Positions 36,290-48,371 of a DNA stretch of 64,000 nucleotides are shown piece after piece. The notes beneath the pieces are model-generated. The model was not told the DNA's origin. It saw nothing but the letters and a program-made list of their open reading frames with translations, and made no database searches. Positions within the stretch are counted from its first letter, which is position 1, and each line of letters begins with the position of its first letter. The stretch spans positions 96,001 through 160,000 of the forward strand of contig BTUM01000001.1 in the NCBI GenBank assembly GCA_045863235.1. Direction: 5' to 3'. The position numbers and the translations under genes are program-made. Source of the stretch: Candidatus Xenobia bacterium (GTDB lineage: Bacteria; Vulcanimicrobiota; Xenobia; Xenobiales; QWHO01).

Positions 36290-37165
36290 CTACACCTTCA
36301 AGAACCGGTTGACCGAGATCCAGCTGCCCAGCAGCCCGACCAGGGCGCCCAGCAGCAGCAAAGCAGGACAGAGCCAGGGGAGCAGACTCTCGGGAGCGGC
36401 CACGGGCAGGAAGGAGACCGAGCTCAAGAGCTGGGGCACCAGCAGACGGTAGGACTCGCTGACCACGGTGGCGGCCAGAGCCGCGCCCACCAGCCCTTGC
36501 AGAATGCCCTCGAGCAGGAAGGGCCAGCGGATGAACCAGCCGGCCGCTCCCACCAACTGCATGACCTCGATGTCGCGGCGGCGGGCGTAGACGGTGAGGC
36601 GAATGGTGTTGCTGACAACCAGCAAGGTAGAGACCAGCAGGAGAATCAGAACGACCAGGCCCACTGTGCGGACGATGCGGTTGAGGGCCAGCATGCGCCG
36701 GGCCACGTCTTCGCCGAAGCGCACTTTCTCAATGGAGCCCACGCCCTTGACCTTGTGGCCCACCTTTTCCAGGTCCTCAGCTCGGCGAACACGGATCTCG
36801 AGCGCGTCGGGCAGTGGGTTGTGGGTCAGATCGCCCAACTGGATGCGGTTGTTCATGCGCTTCTTGAGGTGCTCGAAGGCCTGCTCGCGCGAGACGAACG
36901 AAACCCCTTCCACGCCGGGCAGCCTCAGAACTCGTGCCCGCAACTCACCGAGTTGGTCGCGGTTGAAGTCGGCCTCGAGGTAAGCCACCACCTTGAGATC
37001 GGAGGCCAGATCGCGAGCCAGATTGCTCAGGTTGGCCATCAAGACCAGGAAGAAGCCCACGATCATGGTCAGCACCATGACGGTTGTGACCGAGGCCACG
37101 CTCATCAACGGGCTGCGACGCACATTGACCAGAACCTCACGCAGAAAATAGTGAGCAAGTCCCAT
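36290..37165 (-). CDS. ftsX: Cell division permease FtsX
   Basis: NPLP, NTIRL...RRRDIEVMQLVGA...FIRWPFLLEG. Confidence 0.94.
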   Translation of the reverse strand: MGLAHYFLREVLVNVRRSPLMSVASVTTVMVLTMIVGFFLVLMANLSNLARDLASDLKVVAYLEADFNRDQLGELRARVLRLPGVEGVSFVSREQAFEHLKKRMNNRIQLGDLTHNPLPDALEIRVRRAEDLEKVGHKVKGVGSIEKVRFGEDVARRMLALNRIVRTVGLVVLILLLVSTLLVVSNTIRLTVYARRRDIEVMQLVGAAGWFIRWPFLLEGILQGLVGAALAATVVSESYRLLVPQLLSSVSFLPVAAPESLLPWLCPALLLLGALVGLLGSWISVNRFLKV

Positions 37166-37240
37166 GGCTAAAGTGCTCTCCTTCCCATCTGACGGACCAG
37201 GCGAGCGCGCGGGAAAGTGTGACACCGGAGGCGTTGCACT

Positions 37241-38011
<771 letters not shown>

Positions 38012-38094
38012 GGGCCGCTTTCCCTTTCTGGAGGAAAATTCTTCAGTTCTTGAAGTTCCTTCCAGGAACCGGGAGTCCTTTCGAACGGACGTTT

Positions 38095-39270
38095 CTATGC
38101 GTGCAGGGCCGGGTTGGCTTCGAAGCAGGCCAGGGCTGCCCGGGAATCGTGGCCTCGGGCCAGGGCCAGGGCTGCTTGAGCGGCGCCTCGCAGGCTGGCG
38201 ACCATGGGGGGCACTCGGCGCTGTAACTCCTGGCGCACGGGAGCACGGGCTCGCAAGAGGTGAAACAGGGCCTTGTGCAGTCCCTCCGAGCTCAAGCCCT
38301 CCAGGGAGAGCGACATGGCTCCGCAGCGCTGGCAGAAACGCTCCACTTTGGGGTCGTAGGCCAGTCCAAGGAAAGGGATGCCGCGGGCGGCAGCCATGAT
38401 GGCCGCGTGAAGGCGCATTCCCAGAACCAGGTCGAGGCAGGAAAGCAAGCCCATCAGCTCCTTCGGCTCGTAATCAGCTCGCAACAGGCGGGCGTGAGGG
38501 GTTAATCGAGAGCACAGCTCCTCGCTCAGTGGCCGGTCGCGCGAGGGCTGGAAAGGCAGGAAGAGCAAGCGGGCCTTGTCCTCCTCGGCAAAACGCCGCA
38601 AGCCTTCCACCAGGGCCTCCCGGTCGAGCCCGGGCCAGTGGCGCACCGCCACTCCGACCAGCGGGCCGACCTCGGCCGAGCCCGGCCCGGCCGGTCGCTC
38701 CAGGCGGGCGACGTCGGCGGTCAGCTCTTCCTGGGCCAGGATCTCGTTCACTCTGGCTGGTTGGCACGGTTCCAGGCCCAGCACCGGGTCGGCCGTCACC
38801 CGGGAAGGCGGACGACTCACCCCCAAAGCGCGAATCTCGTCGGCCGACTCCTGATCGCGCCAGGTCAAGAGCTGCAGGCCGTTGGCGAATCGGGTCAGAT
38901 GTCGCCCGAGCCCGGTTCTGACCGGTCCGAAGCCCTGGCAATAGAGCATCACCGGTCGTCGAACCAGGCGGGCCAGCAGGCACACTCCCAGATAGTAGAT
39001 CACGCTGTTGATCCCAGTGCTGTCCTGGATCAATCCGCCGCCACCCGAGAGCAGGAGGTTACAGGAGCGCAGCGCTCTGAGCACGGGCCCGGGCGCGCTG
39101 CGGGGAACCGGCTCCAGGCCCAGCTTGCGGGCCGCCTCGGGATTGGCCGTGAGCACCGAGATCTGCACCTCGGCTTCCACGCGACGGAGATCCTCCACGA
39201 TGGCCTGCAGGATCGCCTCGTCGCCGGCATTGCCGAAGCCGTAATAGCCGCTGATCAGGATGCGTGGCAT
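38095..39270 (-). CDS. csaB: Polysaccharide pyruvyl transferase CsaB
   Basis: ISGYYGFGNAGDEA, GGGGLIQDST, GMRLH, YDPKV. Confidence 0.92.
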   Translation of the reverse strand: MPRILISGYYGFGNAGDEAILQAIVEDLRRVEAEVQISVLTANPEAARKLGLEPVPRSAPGPVLRALRSCNLLLSGGGGLIQDSTGINSVIYYLGVCLLARLVRRPVMLYCQGFGPVRTGLGRHLTRFANGLQLLTWRDQESADEIRALGVSRPPSRVTADPVLGLEPCQPARVNEILAQEELTADVARLERPAGPGSAEVGPLVGVAVRHWPGLDREALVEGLRRFAEEDKARLLFLPFQPSRDRPLSEELCSRLTPHARLLRADYEPKELMGLLSCLDLVLGMRLHAAIMAAARGIPFLGLAYDPKVERFCQRCGAMSLSLEGLSSEGLHKALFHLLRARAPVRQELQRRVPPMVASLRGAAQAALALARGHDSRAALACFEANPALHA

Positions 39271-39331
39271 TGCGCTCAGACGTTTCCCGCTCGGCGGGAA
39301 AACTCCCTGGCCGGGTTCGAACTGGGCCCGC

Positions 39332-40195
39332 ATGGCCCTGTTTGATGGACAAAATGCCTTTGAGCATGTGCGGGCTCAGGTTGAGCTCGGCCCGCGTCCG
39401 CCCGGCTCGGCTGCCCTGGGGCGCCTGCGCGATTACGTCAGCAAGCATCTCACTCGACTGGGCTGGGGGGTGGAGGAGCAGCCCTTCGAGGCCGTCACTC
39501 CCAATGGCAAGATTGCCATGGTCAACCTGTTGGCCCGTTACCCGCCCGGCGAGTTGCCCGGTCCGGGGGCTATTTTGCTGGGGGCCCACGCCGACACCAA
39601 GGTTTTTGATTTCGAGTTCGTAGGGGCGAACGACGGCGGGTCGGGGGTGGCCTGTCTGCTGGAGCTGGGGAGGGTCGTGCCTCAGCTCGACCTGTGGCGT
39701 CCCACGGTGCTGGCATTCTTTGACGGCGAGGAAGCTCAGGTCGCCTGGGGGCGAGGGGATGGTCTCTACGGGAGTCGTCAGCTGGTCGGCCACTGGTGGA
39801 GCGAGCGCCGTCTGGCCGACCTCCTGGCCGTGGTGATCCTGGACATCGTGGGCGACCGTGAGCTTCGGGTCACCCGCGACCTGCACTCGACGGCCTGGCT
39901 CCAGGACCTGGTCTGGGAGGTGGCCTGGCAGCAAGGGATGGGCCAGGTCTTCGAAGGGCCGCTGGAGTGGATTGAGGATGACCATCTGCCGTTTCTGGCA
40001 GGCAAGGTGGCCTCGCTGGTTCTGATCGGGTTTGGCCACGACGAGCAGGGTGAGTACTTTCCGTCCTACTGGCACACCCCCGAGGATACCCTGGACAAAG
40101 TCTCGCCGCTCAGTCTCGAGCAGGTGGGGCGGGTGGTGGAGGAGGCTCTGATTCGCCTTCAGGGGTCCCCGCCGCGGGAGCGCCCGGGGGCTTGA
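39332..40195 (+). CDS. M28 family metallopeptidase / glutaminyl-cyclase-like
   Basis: GAH.D, GANDGGSG, FDGEE, DDH.PF, WHT..D. Confidence 0.88.
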   Translation: MALFDGQNAFEHVRAQVELGPRPPGSAALGRLRDYVSKHLTRLGWGVEEQPFEAVTPNGKIAMVNLLARYPPGELPGPGAILLGAHADTKVFDFEFVGANDGGSGVACLLELGRVVPQLDLWRPTVLAFFDGEEAQVAWGRGDGLYGSRQLVGHWWSERRLADLLAVVILDIVGDRELRVTRDLHSTAWLQDLVWEVAWQQGMGQVFEGPLEWIEDDHLPFLAGKVASLVLIGFGHDEQGEYFPSYWHTPEDTLDKVSPLSLEQVGRVVEEALIRLQGSPPRERPGA

Positions 40196-40340
40196 GATAG
40201 CGATCGTAGGCCAGTACGGAGATCTTGTGGATGTCTTCCAGGAGCATGGTTTGAGCCACGAACGAGCAGCCCTGGATGCCCGGGGCGTAAAGGGCGCACT
40301 CGGCGAAGCACTCGCGGTTGAGAAACGGACATGTGGGCAC
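40110..40340 (-). CDS. Small Cys-rich putative metal-binding protein
   Basis: CPF-x4-C-x3-CALY-x6-C; overlaps the M28 gene 3' end. Confidence 0.55.
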   Translation of the reverse strand: MPTCPFLNRECFAECALYAPGIQGCSFVAQTMLLEDIHKISVLAYDRYLKPPGAPAAGTPEGESEPPPPPAPPARD

Positions 40341-40446
40341 GATGATCTATTCGCTGGATGACTTGAATAACCTTGCAGGCGTTTTCGGTGTCGAGGAGGA
40401 AACATAGGCCCCAAAGAAGGCGGAGCATAAGGGTGAGCAGAGCCGA

Positions 40447-41754
40447 GTGACCGAAAATCGAGACAATTCAAACGAGGCCAAGAAACTCCCCCCTTACACC
40501 GGGACGACCTCGGACGGCTCTCGCACCGGAGCGCCCGCCCGCCCACCGGTGAAGCCGCCTGGAGAGCGGGTGGTCTCCGCGGGAGGGGGAGTCAAGCCTC
40601 CCTCGACCTCATTTCTCAAGCCGGAGAAGCCGACGCCTGACGATCCGCTGCGGGCCGAGTTGGCTCGGTTGACCGAGGGAGCCGAGGAGGAGAAGCCCAA
40701 GATCCCTCCCCCCCCTCCTCCGCGCCCCGAGGCTGAGGCGAAAAAGGCGGTGGAACCACCCAGCGTCGAGTCGTCCCAAAAGGTCGAGGAAGTCCCAACC
40801 AAAGAGGCTCCCGCCCAGGAAGCCGAGCTTCTCGGGCCAGCCAGCGAGCCCGAGGAGATGAAGTTGGAGCAGGGCAACGATCCCCGCCTGGCCGCCGAGC
40901 TCAAAGAGCTGTTGGACGTTGTGGCCGGGCTCGAGTCGCTCAGTTTTTTGCGTCCTCGAGTGGAGAAGTTCGCGAAAGAGGGGGCCGATCTGGCCGGTCT
41001 GGTCAGCGTTTACCGGCTCACCTCTCGCACTCTCAAGGATGAGCTGAACGAGAAGAACAAGATGCTCGATCAGTTTCGCAAGGAGTTTCAGAAGCAGCGC
41101 GCGGCTCTTGAGGAGGCGCGCAAGAAAGAGGTGCCCGCGTCTCGCCCGCTGGCCGACCCGGCCGACACCGAGAAGCTGCACAAGGAGATCAAGAGTCTGC
41201 AAGATCAGGTGGACGCCTCCCAGGAACAACGCAACCGTTTGCTGCAAGACTTTCAGAACATGCGCAACCGGGTTCAGGTTGACACCGACCTGAAGGTTCA
41301 CCGCGAGAAGGAGAACTTGATCAAGAAGGTTCTGCCGGTGGTGGATGGCTTTGATCGGGCTCTGGAGACGGTGCGCTCGGCCACCGATACCGATGAGGTG
41401 GTGCGCGGCATCGAGATGTTGTTTCGGATATTGATGGAGGCGCTCGAATCCGAGGGTCTGTCGCCGGTGGTCACCAAGGATCAAATGTTTGATCCGCGTT
41501 GTCATGAGGCCATGGGTCAGGTCGTGACAGGCGACATGCCCGAGGATACGATCTTCGATGAGCTGAACAAAGGCTACTACCTGGGTGAAAAGCTGCTTCG
41601 TCCAGCCATGGTTCGCATCGCCAAAGCGCCCGAGGGAGGAGCCCCACCCCCTCCGCCCAAGCCCCCTGTCGAGCAGCCGCCTCCCGAACCTCCCCGGGAA
41701 GAGTCTCCGGGCCCCGCGGAAGGACTTTCGGGCGAGGAGAATGTGGAGAGTTAG
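40447..41754 (+). CDS. grpE: GrpE nucleotide exchange factor with long N-terminal extension
   Basis: C-terminal DFQNMRNR, LPVVDGFDRA, FDPRCHEAM, KGY...LRPAMV; immediately upstream of dnaK. Confidence 0.88.
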   Translation: MTENRDNSNEAKKLPPYTGTTSDGSRTGAPARPPVKPPGERVVSAGGGVKPPSTSFLKPEKPTPDDPLRAELARLTEGAEEEKPKIPPPPPPRPEAEAKKAVEPPSVESSQKVEEVPTKEAPAQEAELLGPASEPEEMKLEQGNDPRLAAELKELLDVVAGLESLSFLRPRVEKFAKEGADLAGLVSVYRLTSRTLKDELNEKNKMLDQFRKEFQKQRAALEEARKKEVPASRPLADPADTEKLHKEIKSLQDQVDASQEQRNRLLQDFQNMRNRVQVDTDLKVHREKENLIKKVLPVVDGFDRALETVRSATDTDEVVRGIEMLFRILMEALESEGLSPVVTKDQMFDPRCHEAMGQVVTGDMPEDTIFDELNKGYYLGEKLLRPAMVRIAKAPEGGAPPPPPKPPVEQPPPEPPREESPGPAEGLSGEENVES

Positions 41755-41823
41755 CGAAAGATTCCACGGGCTGGGGAGAAATGGTCATATTTTGCTCTGG
41801 ATGCTAGGGAGGAACGGTAGTTC

Positions 41824-43683
<1,860 letters not shown>

Positions 43684-43704
43684 CTTTCCATTCGTTCCGG
43701 ACCA

Positions 43705-44820
43705 ATGGCTGATTACTACGACATTCTTGGCGTTCCCCGCGATGCCAGCAAGGATGACATCAAGCGGGCTTACAAGAAACTGGCTCGCCAGTATCACCCC
43801 GACGTCGCCCAGGACAAGACCGAGGCCGAGCGCAAGTTCGGGCAGATCAACGAAGCCTACTCGGTGCTCGCCGACGACGAGAAGCGTGCCTACTACGACC
43901 GTTACGGGAGTGTGCCCTCGGCGGCGCAGGAGGGGGCCGATTTCGGGGGCTTCGGGGGCTTCCCGTTCGGCGATCTGTTCGATACTCTGTTTGATTTCGG
44001 CGGGGGTGGCCGACGCCAGCGCCAGGCCCGCCCCTCGCGGGGCAGTGACCTGCGCATGGGGATCCGCATCAGCCTGGTGGACGCCTTTCAGGGCGCCAGC
44101 CGCGAGGTCGAGCTGACCTCCGATGTGGCCTGCGCTCAGTGCGAGGGGAGACGGACCCTGGAGGCCGATGGCTTCCAGAATTGCCCCCAGTGCGCCGGGA
44201 TGGGTCAGGTGCAGCAGATCATCAACACTCCCTTCGGGCGGTTGACCCAGGTGGCTCCCTGCGCCGCATGCCGGGGACAGGGACGGCAGCTGGTCAAGCC
44301 CTGTCCAGGTTGTCGCGGGGCCGGTCGCACCCCTCAGAAGCGCACCCTGAGCGTAAAGATCCCCCCCGGTATGGACTCGGGCGACAAGATCCGCATGCGG
44401 GGCGAGGGCGAGCCGGGCACGCTGGGCGGCCCGCCCGGCGACCTCTACCTGGTGGTGGAAGTGGCCGAGCACGAGGAGTTCCGCCGTCAGGGGGACGACC
44501 TCTCGCGTTCGCTGAAGATCACGTTTACCGATGCTGCCCTGGGGGCCAGCGTGGAAGTGCCCCTGCTGACAGGCGAGAAGGAGACCCTCAAGATCCCCGG
44601 CGGCACCCAGAACGGCACCGTCTTTCGCTTCAAGGGCAAAGGCATGCCTCGTTTCCAGCGCTCGGGGCGGGGCGACCTGCACGTGGAAGTGGAGGTCATG
44701 GTGCCCACCAAGCTCAACTCCAAGCAGAAGAAGCTGCTCAAAGAGTTCGCCGAGGCCGGATCCCAGGAAGCCGAGCCCCAGAGCTTCTTTGAGAAGATTC
44801 GCGACGCCATCTTCGGTTGA
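43705..44820 (+). CDS. dnaJ: Chaperone DnaJ
   Basis: J domain HPD, G/F region, four CxxCxGxG-type motifs. Confidence 0.96.
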   Translation: MADYYDILGVPRDASKDDIKRAYKKLARQYHPDVAQDKTEAERKFGQINEAYSVLADDEKRAYYDRYGSVPSAAQEGADFGGFGGFPFGDLFDTLFDFGGGGRRQRQARPSRGSDLRMGIRISLVDAFQGASREVELTSDVACAQCEGRRTLEADGFQNCPQCAGMGQVQQIINTPFGRLTQVAPCAACRGQGRQLVKPCPGCRGAGRTPQKRTLSVKIPPGMDSGDKIRMRGEGEPGTLGGPPGDLYLVVEVAEHEEFRRQGDDLSRSLKITFTDAALGASVEVPLLTGEKETLKIPGGTQNGTVFRFKGKGMPRFQRSGRGDLHVEVEVMVPTKLNSKQKKLLKEFAEAGSQEAEPQSFFEKIRDAIFG

Positions 44821-45665
44821 CGAGCTCGGTCGACTGGCTGGAGGTCGAGCTGACCGCTCCTGCTGACCAGGAGAGCTCGCTGGCCCTGCTGCTCGAGCGC
44901 CGCCACCTGGGCGGCTGGGTGGTGGAGCCCGAGACCGAGGGCCTGCGCTGGGTGTTCTATGTCCCCCAGGAGCCGGGCTGGAAGGAGCGGCTGGGAGCGT
45001 TGGGCCTGGCCGCCGCCGAGCACGACGGGGTCATCAAGGTGCGCGGCCAGGTGCGCGACGAGGACTGGGCCGAGAACTGGAAAGAGTTCTACCATCCCCG
45101 CCGCCTGACCAGGAGGCTGGTGTTGCGCCCGAGCTGGGCCGAGTTTCAGGCCGAGCCGGGCGACCTGGTGATCGAGCTCGACCCGGGTATGGCTTTTGGC
45201 ACCGGCTACCACGCCAGTACGCGACTCTGCCTCGAGCTCCTTGAAGAGCAGCCTCCGGCTGAACGGGTGCTGGATATGGGTACCGGGTCGGGCATCCTGT
45301 CCATCGCTGCCCTGCTGATGGGCAGCCAGCGCGTCACCGCCATCGACTGCGATCCGGTGGCCGTGCGGGTGGCCCGCGAGAACCTGCGCCACAACCGGCT
45401 CTCGAAACGGGCGCGGGTCTTGTTGGGCGAGAACGTTCCCCGGGCCCGTTACGACCTGATCCTGGCCAATCTGATCGCCCAGGTGCTGGTGGAGATGGCT
45501 CCCGAGCTGACCCGGGCCCTGGCCCCCGGGGGCCGACTGGTGGTGGGTGGCATCATCGATACCCGCGTTGACGAGGTGCTGGAAGCCTTTTCGGGTCTCG
45601 TCGCGGTGGGGCGGGGTGAGGAGGAGGGCTGGGTGGCTCTGGCCTTCCAGCGCCCGTGCGGCTGA
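44817..45665 (+). CDS. prmA: Ribosomal protein L11 methyltransferase
   Basis: [29 protein letters not shown]. Confidence 0.94.
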   Translation: MTSSVDWLEVELTAPADQESSLALLLERRHLGGWVVEPETEGLRWVFYVPQEPGWKERLGALGLAAAEHDGVIKVRGQVRDEDWAENWKEFYHPRRLTRRLVLRPSWAEFQAEPGDLVIELDPGMAFGTGYHASTRLCLELLEEQPPAERVLDMGTGSGILSIAALLMGSQRVTAIDCDPVAVRVARENLRHNRLSKRARVLLGENVPRARYDLILANLIAQVLVEMAPELTRALAPGGRLVVGGIIDTRVDEVLEAFSGLVAVGRGEEEGWVALAFQRPCG

Positions 45666-46336
45666 CGCGCCTGTTCGCTCCGGTCGCGCCCCCCGAGTTT
45701 CGCCTGGAGGAGGACGCCGCCCACCACCTGCGGGTGCTGCGCTTGCGACCCGGGGACCGCTTTCTGGCCATCGACCAGGGCTGCGACTGGTTGTGCGAGC
45801 TGACGCGCGGAGGTAAGGCAAAGGTGCTCGAGTCGCGCCCGGCCCGACCCGAGCCGAGCGTGGCCCTGGACCTCAAGCTGGCCCTGGTCAAGGGGGAGCG
45901 CTTCGATCAGGCGGTTGAGATGGCTTCCGAACTGGGGGTGAGGAGCATCACTCCCCTCCTGACCGGGCGCACCGTGGGCGAACAGCCCGGAGTCACACGC
46001 ATCGCTCGCTGGGAGCGCATCTCTCGCTCGGCGGCGGCCCTTTCCGGGCGGGCCCACTTTGCCAGCATCGAGCCCGTTCTCCGCTTGGAGGAGGCCCTCG
46101 CCTCTTGCGGTCCGGGGATCTTGTTCTGCCCCGGTCAGAAGGCTCTGCGAGAGCTTCCAGCCGGCCAGAGGCTTTCGCTCTGGTTGGGGCCGGAGGGTGG
46201 ATTTGCTCCCGAGGAGGTCGAAGGGGCGAGCCGCCAGGGTCTGGTGCTGGCCGGGTTGGGGGAGAGGATTTTACGCGTGGAGACGGCCGCCGTGGTGGCC
46301 CTGACCCTGGTGCTCCAGCTGGCGGGAGAGCTATGA
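45656..46336 (+). CDS. rsmE: 16S rRNA m3U1498 methyltransferase
   Basis: HL.VLRL, ELGV, GPEGGF, LGERILRVETA. Confidence 0.93.
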   Translation: MRLTRLFAPVAPPEFRLEEDAAHHLRVLRLRPGDRFLAIDQGCDWLCELTRGGKAKVLESRPARPEPSVALDLKLALVKGERFDQAVEMASELGVRSITPLLTGRTVGEQPGVTRIARWERISRSAAALSGRAHFASIEPVLRLEEALASCGPGILFCPGQKALRELPAGQRLSLWLGPEGGFAPEEVEGASRQGLVLAGLGERILRVETAAVVALTLVLQLAGEL

Positions 46337-47793
46337 TACAACCCACTCAAGAGAAGTTTGCCGAGCTGAGCGCTCAGGGTTTCGTGGTGCCGGTCTACCG
46401 CGAGCTGCCGGCCGATCTCGAGACCCCGCTCTCGGTCTTTCTGAAGCTGCGCCGCCCGGGCGAGCCGGCCTTCTTGCTCGAAAGCGTCGAGAAGGGCCAG
46501 TCGGTGGGGCGCTATTCCTTTCTGGGCACCAACCTGAGCCTGCTGCTGCGCCTACAGGGCGACCGGGTGGAGCTGGCTGAGGGGGGCGAGCAACCTTTGG
46601 CCGGGCGCGATCCGCTGGAGCTCTTGCGGCAGGCCATGGGCCGCTTCAAAGCGGTCCCCTTGCCCGGGCTGCACGGTTTTTGGGGGGGAGCGGTTGGTTT
46701 TCTGGGTTATGACGCCATCCGTCGCTTCGAGCCCGTGGGGCCTGGTCAACCCGACGACCTGGGCTTGCCCGAGGCCCTCTTCCATCTCTGCCGCCAGTCC
46801 GTTCTGTTCGATCACGTGGCCCAGCGGATGTACGCGGTGGTGGCCGTGGAGCCCGGCGGCGATTACCAGGCGGCCGTGGCCGAGCTGAACGATCTGGGCG
46901 CGCGCCTGGCGCGTCCGCTGGAGTTTCATCCCCAGCACGGAGCCATTGAGGATACCGAGGAGCGGCACAACCAGACCCGGGAGGAGTACATGCGGGGGGT
47001 GGAGCGGATCCGCGAGCACATCGCCGCGGGCGACATCTTCCAGGCGGTCCTGTCGCGTCGCCTCGAACGTCGAAGCAGCGCCGATCCGGTCAATCTTTAC
47101 CGGGCCCTGCGCATCCTCAATCCCTCGCCTTACATGTTCTTTCTCGACTTCGGCGAGTTCCAGCTGATCGGCTCCTCGCCCGAGGCCCTGGTCAAGCTGG
47201 ACGGACGCACCGCCGAGACCCACCCCATCGCCGGCACCCGTCCCCGGGGGCGAGACGTGGAGCACGATCACGCCCTGGAGCAGGAGCTCCTGGCCGACCC
47301 CAAGGAGCGCGCCGAGCACGTGATGCTGGTGGACCTGGGTCGCAACGATCTCGGTCGGGTGTGCAGCTACGGGAGCGTGCACGTGCCCCAGTTCATGGAG
47401 GTGGAGCGCTTTTCTCATGTCATGCACATCGTCTCGCGGGTGCAGGGCGAGCTGCGACCAGACTGCGACGGCTTCGACCTGGTACGGGCCGCGTTTCCGG
47501 CCGGAACGGTGAGTGGGGCCCCGAAGATTCGAGCCATGCAGATCCTCGACGAGCTCGAGCCCACCCGGCGTGGGATCTACGCAGGCGCGGTGGGCTACTT
47601 CGGATTCTGGGGCAACCTGGACACCTGCATCGCCATTCGCACCATCCTGCGCCGCGGCGACCGGGTCTATCTGCAGGCCGGGGCTGGCATCGTGGCCGAC
47701 TCCGACCCGGCCACCGAGTACCAGGAGACGGTGGCCAAGCTGGAAGCGCTGAAGAAGGCGCTCGAGATGGCCGAAGGAAGTATGCTTCGATGA
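46333..47793 (+). CDS. trpE: Anthranilate synthase component I
   Basis: LLES, GRYS, NPSPY, PIAGTRPRG, EHVMLVDLGRND, PAGTVSGAPK. Confidence 0.93.
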   Translation: MIQPTQEKFAELSAQGFVVPVYRELPADLETPLSVFLKLRRPGEPAFLLESVEKGQSVGRYSFLGTNLSLLLRLQGDRVELAEGGEQPLAGRDPLELLRQAMGRFKAVPLPGLHGFWGGAVGFLGYDAIRRFEPVGPGQPDDLGLPEALFHLCRQSVLFDHVAQRMYAVVAVEPGGDYQAAVAELNDLGARLARPLEFHPQHGAIEDTEERHNQTREEYMRGVERIREHIAAGDIFQAVLSRRLERRSSADPVNLYRALRILNPSPYMFFLDFGEFQLIGSSPEALVKLDGRTAETHPIAGTRPRGRDVEHDHALEQELLADPKERAEHVMLVDLGRNDLGRVCSYGSVHVPQFMEVERFSHVMHIVSRVQGELRPDCDGFDLVRAAFPAGTVSGAPKIRAMQILDELEPTRRGIYAGAVGYFGFWGNLDTCIAIRTILRRGDRVYLQAGAGIVADSDPATEYQETVAKLEALKKALEMAEGSMLR

Positions 47794-48347
47794 TCCTCGT
47801 GCTGGACAACTACGACTCGTTCACTTACAACCTGGTGCAACTGCTGGGCACCCTGGGCTGCGAGGTGGAAGTGCACCGCAACGACCGGATCTCGCTCGCA
47901 ACCATTGAGGAGAAACGACCCTCCCATCTGGTCATCTCCCCGGGCCCTGGCCGGCCCGAGGATGCCGGCCTCTCGGTGGAGGCCATCCGCCAGCTCAAAC
48001 TGCCCATCCTGGGGGTCTGCCTGGGGCATCAGGCCCTGGCGGTGGCCTTCGGGGGCGAGGTGGTGCGAGCCGAGCACCAGCTGCACGGCAAGGTCTCGAA
48101 CGTCTACCACGATGGCTTGCATCTCTTCCAGGGGCTTTCCAACCCGTTCGAGGCCACCCGCTACCACTCGCTGATCGTGCGCGAGGAAAGTCTGCCGGCC
48201 GACCTGCGCGTGACCGCCTGGACCTCCGACGGCGAGATCATGGGCCTGCGGCATACGAGACTGCCGCTCGAAGGGGTGCAGTTTCACCCCGAATCGATTC
48301 TGACCGGCGAGGGGCGGCGGATCCTGAAGAACTTCCTGGACCGTTGA
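47790..48347 (+). CDS. trpG: Anthranilate synthase component II (glutamine amidotransferase)
   Basis: DNYDSFTYNL, SPGPG, GVCLGHQ, RYHSL, QFHPES. Confidence 0.93.
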   Translation: MILVLDNYDSFTYNLVQLLGTLGCEVEVHRNDRISLATIEEKRPSHLVISPGPGRPEDAGLSVEAIRQLKLPILGVCLGHQALAVAFGGEVVRAEHQLHGKVSNVYHDGLHLFQGLSNPFEATRYHSLIVREESLPADLRVTAWTSDGEIMGLRHTRLPLEGVQFHPESILTGEGRRILKNFLDR

Positions 48348-48371
48348 CCTTCGATCATCGCTGCGCCTGGC

